Below, piece after piece: positions 57,723 to 64,000 of a stretch of DNA of 64,000 nucleotides. This DNA is from Patescibacteria group bacterium. GTDB lineage: Bacteria; Patescibacteriota; UBA1384; UBA12157; JAENIV01. Both the position numbers and the translations under genes were made by a program. A model generated the notes under the pieces. It was given only the letters and a program-made list of their open reading frames with translations, was not told the origin of the DNA and did not search any database. How positions within the stretch are numbered: the stretch's first letter is position 1; the number at the start of each line of letters is the position of its first letter. The stretch is taken from NCBI GenBank assembly GCA_041666185.1, contig JBAYHL010000002.1, positions 1,834 through 65,833 on the forward strand. Direction: 5' to 3'.

Positions 57723-57758
57723 AATCAAGCGGTTCTTAATAGGGCCGCTTTTTTTAAA
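57723..57758 (+). terminator. Intrinsic terminator
   Basis: aagcggttct...agggccgctt stem plus T7. Confidence 0.75.
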
Positions 57759-57847
57759 TTTTTATGTTGCCTAATTTGACAAAATGTGGTATAACCTAAG
57801 TAGTCCTAAGTCAAACAATGTTGAAGCAATTAGGAGGTATAGAAGAG

Positions 57848-58348
57848 ATGGCTCATCTAACTCTCAACATTGACAAAGTCTCGGGATGCAAAGGAAAAAA
57901 AGGGACAAAGGACGCTCAAGAAAACGGGTGTATTAAGCGAAAGGTCGCTGGCGAAACTCGAACAAAGAGTGCTCACGAAATGAGAAGAGTGCTTGGCGAA
58001 AAAGTTGAAACACTCGATTTTCTTAATCAGGATCAACAGGAGGAAGTAAAGCTAGTTGTAGGAGAAGTGCTGACAAACGCATTCTGTTACTCACCTGAAC
58101 AAAGTGATGTAGAAGTTGTTTGGGTTGGTACGGACAGCAAACTTTTGTTAGTAATTACTAATTCAAATGGCAAATGCGCCATGAAAGAAACTTCTCTTCC
58201 CGAAGATTGTATGGCCGAACATGGTCGAGGTCGGTTTATCGTTGATAGCTTGGTCAAAGAACTTGATAGCAACGATAAAATCTGTGCCAACTGTAGTTAC
58301 GGCCACCATCGTGGTCGAACAATCTTCCAAATGGCTATTGGCTGCTAG
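57848..58348 (+). CDS. RsbW/SpoIIAB-like HATPase (anti-sigma-factor kinase fold)
   Basis: N-box LVVGEVLTNAF and G2-box EHGRGRFIV; AGGAGGT SD before ATG 57848. Confidence 0.8.
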   Translation: MAHLTLNIDKVSGCKGKKGTKDAQENGCIKRKVAGETRTKSAHEMRRVLGEKVETLDFLNQDQQEEVKLVVGEVLTNAFCYSPEQSDVEVVWVGTDSKLLLVITNSNGKCAMKETSLPEDCMAEHGRGRFIVDSLVKELDSNDKICANCSYGHHRGRTIFQMAIGC

Positions 58349-59315
58349 AGCTCTCGCCCCCGTCATTTTCTTGGCGGGGTTTTTTATTACGGAGTCCGTG
58401 GAAAGCTTGGTGAATTTCATTTAAGTGTTTGTCGGTAACGTGAGTATAAATTTGAGTGGTTGTTACTGATGAATGTCCAAGTAAACTTTGAACCGAGCGT
58501 AAATCAGCTCCAGACATTAATAAATCTGTGGCAAAACTGTGGCGTAAAACGTGGGGAGTAACTTTTTTTGTAATGCCAGCTTTTCTGGCATATTTTTGAA
58601 TCATTCGTTGGACAGAACGAGGGGTGATGTGATTAATTTTCAATTTTAAATTTTCAATTTTCAATTGATTATTTGTATGCCCATAGCTTATAAACAACCA
58701 TTCTGAATTATCATTTCTGCCAGACAGATATTTCTTAAGTGATTTCCTGGCATCTGCATCTAAAAAAACGACCCTAACTTTGCCACCCTTACCTTTGATA
58801 GAAAATTCATTTCGATCTAAATTAACTTGATCTCGACGTAAACTGCAAAGTTCCGAAACCCGTAATCCAGTTGAAAAAAGTAAATCCAAAATAGCCTTGT
58901 CGCGAATTCCTTGAATGGTTTTTTCTTCTGGTGCGGCTAAAATTTCATCGAGTTCTTTTTGCTCCAAAAAGATAATTTGTCGTTCGTCAGTTTTAGCTAG
59001 TTCAATTTTTTCTGGGGCTAAGGTTTTTATGTCTTTTTTTCGTAAATACTTTAAAAATGCCCGCAAGGCAATTAAATAGTAATTTTGAGTAGTTTTGGAA
59101 AGTACTTTACTACTAATTTGACCTCGGTTTAAGGCTAGACGGTAATTTTTTACTAAATCTTGAGTAATTTCTTCTGGATTCTCGACATTATTTTTTTTAG
59201 CAAAAGTGGAAAAAACTCTTAAATAATAATCGTAATTTCTAGCACTCGAAAGCGCGCGGCCTTTTTCAACCTCCATGTACTCTAGAAAATCAATAATACA
59301 AGATTTTATCGTCAT
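58335..59315 (-). CDS. XerC/XerD-family tyrosine recombinase
   Basis: SAM-like N-domain; TGLRVSEL, KGKGGK.R, PHVLRHSFAT and LLGH....TTQIYTHV (R-K-H-R-H-Y catalytic set). Confidence 0.95.
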   Translation of the reverse strand: MTIKSCIIDFLEYMEVEKGRALSSARNYDYYLRVFSTFAKKNNVENPEEITQDLVKNYRLALNRGQISSKVLSKTTQNYYLIALRAFLKYLRKKDIKTLAPEKIELAKTDERQIIFLEQKELDEILAAPEEKTIQGIRDKAILDLLFSTGLRVSELCSLRRDQVNLDRNEFSIKGKGGKVRVVFLDADARKSLKKYLSGRNDNSEWLFISYGHTNNQLKIENLKLKINHITPRSVQRMIQKYARKAGITKKVTPHVLRHSFATDLLMSGADLRSVQSLLGHSSVTTTQIYTHVTDKHLNEIHQAFHGLRNKKPRQENDGGESSSSQ

Positions 59316-59388
59316 AATAATAATTTACGACGCATAATTTTTATTGTCAAAAAAAATTATTTTTGATAAGGTGTAAAAGAGGTTAAAA

Positions 59389-59961
59389 ATGATTCAAAGG
59401 ATTAATAGCCTAGATCAAAAAATTGTTCTGAGTCTTAATTCTTTTTTCGCTGAGCATTGTCCCAAAATAATAGACAAGATCTTTGCTGAATATTTAATTT
59501 ATTTGTTACCAATTATTTTAATTGTTTTATGGTTTTACTCCGAAAAGACTAAAAAAGTTGCCATGCGGGCGACATTTTCTGTGATTTTAGCTTGGCCAGT
59601 AATAGCAGGAATTATTGGCCGCTTAGTTAATCGTCCCAGACCTTTTAATTTAAGTGGGGTCCAGGAATTAATTTTTCATCGTCCAGACTATTCTTTCCCA
59701 TCTGATCACGCGGCAGCTCTTTTCGCGGTTGCTTTTTCTTTTTGGTTTTCAGGGTATAAAAAACTAGGTTGGGCAATCTTTGCTATGGCAATTGTGGTTT
59801 CTTTCTTTAGAGTAGCAACCGCCATTCATTATCCAACTGATATTCTTGGCGGATTGGCAGTAGGCCTATTGGCTGCTTACTTGATTAATCTTTTCAACAA
59901 ACCCTTAGATACTGTTTATAATTTTATTTTAAAGATTTGCCGAGCGATAAAATTGGCTTAA
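59389..59961 (+). CDS. PAP2-family phosphatase (BcrC-like undecaprenyl-diphosphatase)
   Basis: RPRP, SFPSDH and RV..AIHYPTD motifs. Confidence 0.88.
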   Translation: MIQRINSLDQKIVLSLNSFFAEHCPKIIDKIFAEYLIYLLPIILIVLWFYSEKTKKVAMRATFSVILAWPVIAGIIGRLVNRPRPFNLSGVQELIFHRPDYSFPSDHAAALFAVAFSFWFSGYKKLGWAIFAMAIVVSFFRVATAIHYPTDILGGLAVGLLAAYLINLFNKPLDTVYNFILKICRAIKLA

Positions 59962-59974
59962 AGAGGCGGTTAAC

Positions 59975-60580
59975 ATCAAAATAGTTTTTCAAAAATTTAT
60001 CGATTATTTAGCTTTTATAATTTCGGCTCTTTTTAGCCCATATGTAACAGCCTTGGTTTTTATTGTCGTAATTAGCTATCAATATGCTCGCGATTTAGGC
60101 CAATTTCTTCCTTGGATGATAACATTTTTATTATTTGCCATTATCATTCCCGGGTTTTATGTTTTATGGTTACTTGAGACTCGTCAAATTCGCGATCTTC
60201 ATATTTCTGATAAAAATGATCGAAAAATACCTTTCCTTTTGGCGGGCGTTTCTTCGGTGGTAGGAGCAATTCTTCTTTTTGTGTTAGGCGCCGCCAAACC
60301 AGTAACAGTCATTGGAGCAGCATACGCTATTAACGTCATTGGTATAGCTCTTTTGACCCAAGTTTGGAAAGTAAGCATTCATACAGCTCTTTTTTCGGCA
60401 ATTTCAACAATTTCTGTTATACTTTTTGGTGTCCAGATGTGGTGGTTATATTTATTTTTAATACCTTTGTCTTGGTCAAGAATTCATCGAAAACGCCACA
60501 CTGTTTGGCAGGCAGTTGCAGGGTCATTAATTGCTTTTGCCCTAACAGCGGTAACATTTTGGTTTTTTGGCTATCTATAG
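59975..60580 (+). CDS. PAP2-like membrane protein; true start uncertain (frame open from 59951, no canonical start before TTG 60053)
   Basis: Upstream in-frame LAFIISALFSPY; KVSIH and WSRI..RHT..Q...G motifs. Confidence 0.7.
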   Translation: MKIVFQKFIDYLAFIISALFSPYVTALVFIVVISYQYARDLGQFLPWMITFLLFAIIIPGFYVLWLLETRQIRDLHISDKNDRKIPFLLAGVSSVVGAILLFVLGAAKPVTVIGAAYAINVIGIALLTQVWKVSIHTALFSAISTISVILFGVQMWWLYLFLIPLSWSRIHRKRHTVWQAVAGSLIAFALTAVTFWFFGYL

Positions 60581-60592
60581 AGGTTAATTATT

Positions 60593-61213
60593 ATGGCGAC
60601 AGTAATTTTATCAACACTTGCTAATTGGATTATTCATGTCATCAATGCTCTTGGATATTGGGGGATAGTTTTGTTAATGGCGATCGAGTCAGCCAATATT
60701 CCACTTCCTTCAGAGGTAATTATGCCTTTTTCGGGATTTCTAGTTGCTAGTGGAGTATTTAATCTGTGGTTAGTTGGCTTGGCTGGAGCTGTTGGTTGTG
60801 TAATAGGTTCAGTATTGTCGTATTATATTGGTCTCTGGGGTGGTAGACCCCTAGTTGAAAAATATGGCAAATATATTTTAATTTCCCATCACGATTTAGA
60901 TTTAGCTGATGGTTGGTTTAAAAAACATGGTGAAGCAACTGTCTTTGTTGGCAGGCTATTGCCGGTTATAAGAACCTTTATCTCTTTTCCAGCTGGCATT
61001 TCCGGGATGAATTTTAAAAGATTTGTTACTTATTCTTTCTTAGGATCTTTGCCTTGGTGTTTGTTTTTAGCTTTTGTCGGTCAAAAAATGGGTGAAAATT
61101 GGGAGAATCTAAAAAAGTACTTCCACAGTTTAGATTGGCTTATTTTAGGACTAATAATAATTGGTATTGTTTGGTGGGTCCAAAGACACTTAAAACATCG
61201 AAAAATTAAATAG
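60593..61213 (+). CDS. DedA-family membrane protein
   Basis: ES..IPLPSEVI.PF.G and GRLLPVIRTFIS.PAG motifs. Confidence 0.93.
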   Translation: MATVILSTLANWIIHVINALGYWGIVLLMAIESANIPLPSEVIMPFSGFLVASGVFNLWLVGLAGAVGCVIGSVLSYYIGLWGGRPLVEKYGKYILISHHDLDLADGWFKKHGEATVFVGRLLPVIRTFISFPAGISGMNFKRFVTYSFLGSLPWCLFLAFVGQKMGENWENLKKYFHSLDWLILGLIIIGIVWWVQRHLKHRKIK

Positions 61214-61217
61214 CTCT

Positions 61218-61940
61218 CTAATCTATCGACATGTCCTCTGGTTCTTCTGTACCAGTGTCACCTTTATATTGGGCAGGAGAAGCTTCGTCGTCTGGTGAGG
61301 AAAGTAAACTACTTTTAACCGGGGTTTTGTCGCCAGCAGGTGGTTCTTGAGAAATCTGAACATCAATTTTTTCGCCGCCGGCGGGAGGTGGCGTAGCTGG
61401 TGTAGGGGCAGCTTGTGGTTTGGCTACATTTACTGCTGTTGTTTGAGTGCTTACAGCATTTGTATTTTGAGGTTGTTGCGGAGCAGCAAAACCGGCAGGT
61501 GCTGGTTTTGGTTGTTCAGTTTTTGGTGGTGTCGGAGGTGGTGTAGAAGGCGTTGCTGGTTTGGGCGGTTGAATTGTTACGCCTTGTTGTTGGACTGGAG
61601 GAGGAGTTGGTCGTGTAATTGGAGGAGCAACTGGGGGAGTGCTAGGAGTTATTGGTGGTGCAGAAGGTGTTGTTGGTTGAGTTTTGTGTTCAACCATTGG
61701 TGGCAAACCAACTTTTTCTGGGGCTTTTCTAATTTCTTCTTGAACGTGTTCGATTTTTGCGCCGCCGCCAGTAATGTGTTCTAAATATTTAACATCAACA
61801 ATCGCTACAGCTGGTTTGCCGCCTTTTGTGAGAACATAAAGTTTATCTTTTTGAACTTCGTTAACAATTTGTGAAAAATGATCACGAGCCTCAGTTAAGG
61901 GAATAATGTTTTCCAACGATACTTTGAGTGGATTTTCCAC
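61218..61940 (-). CDS. Phd/YefM antitoxin-like domain fused to a long Pro/Thr-rich disordered tail
   Basis: IIPLTEARDHFSQIVNEV...VLTKGGKPAVAIV; GGAGGT SD with GTG start. Confidence 0.75.
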   Translation of the reverse strand: MENPLKVSLENIIPLTEARDHFSQIVNEVQKDKLYVLTKGGKPAVAIVDVKYLEHITGGGAKIEHVQEEIRKAPEKVGLPPMVEHKTQPTTPSAPPITPSTPPVAPPITRPTPPPVQQQGVTIQPPKPATPSTPPPTPPKTEQPKPAPAGFAAPQQPQNTNAVSTQTTAVNVAKPQAAPTPATPPPAGGEKIDVQISQEPPAGDKTPVKSSLLSSPDDEASPAQYKGDTGTEEPEDMSID

Positions 61941-62072
61941 AAAAACCTCCTATTTAATTTAAAAATTTAGGCCAATAAACTGGTCATTTTAATCATATAA
62001 TTAAGCAAATTTTTTGTCAAATTTAGGTAATTTTTGTTTTACCCCCCATTATGTCTTTACAGGTTCAAGCCC

Positions 62073-62101
62073 TTGACAAATGGCCTATTTTGTGCTATAC
62101 T
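62073..62101 (+). promoter_or_regulatory. Near-consensus sigma70 promoter
   Basis: TTGACA-17-(TGc)TATACT. Confidence 0.75.
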
Positions 62102-62185
62102 AGGGTAGTTTTGGAAGGTATTTCACCTTTCCGAAACAGATTAACAACTTGCAAACTACGCTACATCATGGAGGATGAGAAGGTA

Positions 62186-62452
62186 ATGAAACTCTGGACA
62201 AAGATGATTTTGACGGCACTGTGGGTTTCGGTCGTGAGCCGATCGTTAGAGTTACGTTTCGCGCGACTTGTCGTGCCAGAGAGTTTTTACTCAGACGGCT
62301 TTTTCGCTCGAACCACGTTTCTTGTCAGGCATGATCCATTGTTTTGGATCATGATTTCGTTCTCATGTTTTTTAGTAGTTGGTGTCTGGTTGTGGTTTCC
62401 TGCCAAAAAACCGTTGTCGGCTCTTGGCAAAGGCTACTTCTCCGGCGAATAA
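62186..62452 (+). CDS. Small membrane hypothetical protein (ORFan unit)
   Basis: Start must lie after the 62073 promoter: ATG 62186 (or 62168), GGAGG at 62170; two hydrophobic segments; terminator at 62488-62516. Confidence 0.55.
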   Translation: MKLWTKMILTALWVSVVSRSLELRFARLVVPESFYSDGFFARTTFLVRHDPLFWIMISFSCFLVVGVWLWFPAKKPLSALGKGYFSGE

Positions 62453-62554
62453 TTATGGTGGCTACAGAGCCACGGTTGCAAGTGTTGCTCCCGCTAGAAA
62501 TAGCGGGAGTTTTTTTAATTTGAAATTGAAAAACTTTTAAGGTATATTTAGCAT

Positions 62555-63829
62555 ATGATAAATTACAAATTAAAAACTTTACCCAATGGTTTGCGTCTTA
62601 TTGCTGCTCCTCTGGAAAATACTAAAGCTGTTACAGTTCTCTTTTTAGTCGGTGTTGGCTCAAGATACGAAACTAAAAATTTAAATGGTATCTCGCACTT
62701 TTTGGAACATATGTTTTTTAAAGGAACTAAAAATCGACCAACAACTTTAGACATTGCCAAATCTTTAGATGCTGTTGGCGCTTCTTACAATGCTTTTACC
62801 TCAGAAGAACATACTGGTTTTTTTGTTCGTTCTGCTTCCGAGCATTTTGAATTAGCCTTAGATATTTTGTTTGATATGATTTACAATTCAAATTTTTCGG
62901 CTGAGGAAATTGAACGCGAAAAGGGAGTTATTGTTGAAGAAATTAATATGTATCAAGATGCTCCTCAAAGTTATGTCAGTGAAGTTGCCAAACAACTGTT
63001 TTATGGTGATACACCTTTGGGCCGTCAGGTAACTGGAATCAAAGAAACGGTCCAGAAATTTTCTAGGAACGATTTTGTTAATTATCGTGATAAATTTTAT
63101 ACACCAGAAAACACGATTGTTGTTATTGCTGGTGGTAGGAATAATGTTTCATGGGAAGAAAAAACTGAAGAATTTTTTAATAAAGTCAAATCTCAAAAAG
63201 CTGAACAATATCTTAAAATTGAAGAAAACCAAACGCAGCCAAAACTTAAAATTCATCAAAAGAAAACTGATCAAGCTCATTTGATTTTAGGTTTTCGAAC
63301 TATTCCCCGCGGAAATCCAAAACGGCCAATTGCAAGAGTTTTAAACAATCTTTTTGGTGAAACAATGTCTTCAAGACTTTTTACAGAAGTTAGAGAGCGT
63401 CGAGGGTTGGCTTATTATGTTAATTCAGAGATGGCTGATTTTCGAGATGCTGGTATTTTTGGTGCTTCGGCGGGAGTTGATCTTTTAAGAGCTGAGGAAG
63501 CAGTCAAGGTTATTTTAGAAGAATTCAATAAATTAAAAACTGAAAGTATTTCTGAAGAAGAGCTGCATCGAGCAAAAGAGAATTTGAAAGGCCGACTGTA
63601 TCTTAGCTTAGAGGAATCTTTTTCTGTCGCCGAATTTTTGGCTGATCAAAAACTTTTCTTGGATGAAATTAAGCATCCTGAAGAGTTAGTTAAAGAATAT
63701 GAAAAAGTTACCGCTCAAGATATTCAAAAATTTGCTAAAGATTATTTTCAACCAAAAAATTTGAACTTAGCCATGGTCGGACCTTTTAAAAATCCAGATA
63801 AATTTAAAAAGTTACTAGAAAGATTCTAA
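62555..63829 (+). CDS. M16-family (pitrilysin-like) zinc peptidase
   Basis: HFLEHMFFKGT, NAFT, EREKGVI.EE and SSRLF.EVRERRGLAY motifs. Confidence 0.95.
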   Translation: MINYKLKTLPNGLRLIAAPLENTKAVTVLFLVGVGSRYETKNLNGISHFLEHMFFKGTKNRPTTLDIAKSLDAVGASYNAFTSEEHTGFFVRSASEHFELALDILFDMIYNSNFSAEEIEREKGVIVEEINMYQDAPQSYVSEVAKQLFYGDTPLGRQVTGIKETVQKFSRNDFVNYRDKFYTPENTIVVIAGGRNNVSWEEKTEEFFNKVKSQKAEQYLKIEENQTQPKLKIHQKKTDQAHLILGFRTIPRGNPKRPIARVLNNLFGETMSSRLFTEVRERRGLAYYVNSEMADFRDAGIFGASAGVDLLRAEEAVKVILEEFNKLKTESISEEELHRAKENLKGRLYLSLEESFSVAEFLADQKLFLDEIKHPEELVKEYEKVTAQDIQKFAKDYFQPKNLNLAMVGPFKNPDKFKKLLERF

Positions 63830-63830
63830 A

Positions 63831-64000
63831 ATGCTCAAAAAGGAAAGAACCCTAATTGCCATTAAGCCGGAATCTATTCAAAGGCATCTAATTGGTGAGT
63901 TTGTTTCTAAATTCGAAAGAAGGGGATTAAAATTAATTGCTTGTAAGTTAATTGTTCCAGCAAAAGAACAAATTGCTAAACACTATCCTGACGATGAGGA
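63831..64000 (+). CDS. ndk: Nucleoside diphosphate kinase, N-terminal part (truncated by window end)
   Basis: Manual translation MLKKERTLIAIKPESIQRHLIGEFVSKFERRGLKLIACK...KHY. Confidence 0.9.
   Translation, partial: MLKKERTLIAIKPESIQRHLIGEFVSKFERRGLKLIACKLIVPAKEQIAKHYPDDE

Noticed and set aside
59239-59265. CIRCE-like ctagcactc
   Set aside because: Half-site only, inside the xer coding region, with no GAGTGCTAA arm.
62051-62167. Extended N-terminus of the small membrane ORF
   Set aside because: Would start upstream of its own near-consensus promoter at 62073-62101.
2202-63284. Numerous short ORFs antisense or frame-shifted within long genes (e.g. 2202, 16556, 19999, 33834, 43108, 47830, 53322-55353, 56152, 61347)
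   Set aside because: Shadow ORFs fully overlapping well-supported genes, with no SD or recognisable motifs.
1-64000. CRISPR array, rRNA, tmRNA, transposase or prophage
   Set aside because: No regularly spaced 25-45-bp repeats, no rRNA-like tract and no transposase or phage structural motifs were seen.
1-64000. Alternative genetic code 25 (TGA = Gly)
   Set aside because: groES and other genes end cleanly at TGA, and long ORFs are intact under code 11.

Overview
AT-rich bacterial chromosome segment using genetic code 11 (TGA serves as a stop, e.g. groES). Gene content and style suggest a Patescibacteria/CPR genome, possibly Berkelbacteria-like; this is inference, not a database result. Positions 1-31 kb hold a large cell-surface glycan cluster: six GT4s, two polyprenyl-phosphate GT2s, WecB, Wzx, GtrA, two O-antigen-ligase-family proteins, a PMT/ArnT-like GT-C, a membrane-anchored glycoside hydrolase, and three tandem ~730-aa GT-C-like paralogs. 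A stretch with three tRNAs (Ser-TGA, Ser-GCT, Arg-GCG) interrupts the cluster. Positions 31-64 kb carry housekeeping genes (hppA, VanW-family, pyrG, PMM/PGM, trpS, groES/EL, efp, rpsF-ssb-rpsR, ychF, Xer recombinase, PAP2/DedA, M16 peptidase, ndk) interleaved with stand-alone ORFan units that have their own promoter, SD and terminator. Strongest hidden signals: (1) a cassette array behind trpS, in which a diverged but coding-conserved duplicate of the trpS 3' end brackets a ~1.2-kb segment and three single-TM 'MDQ' genes (one missed by the ORF track, one pilin-like) share a 22-bp SD/start module; (2) degenerate 7-nt tandem repeats and short GC-rich palindromes sitting in frame inside conserved genes; (3) a 31-bp palindrome pair bracketing a giant TPM-domain gene; (4) tRNA leaders that duplicate or base-pair with the tRNA 5' end; (5) apparently leaderless core genes alongside SD-led ORFans with hairpin plus boxA-like leaders. 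No CRISPR array, rRNA or transposase was seen.
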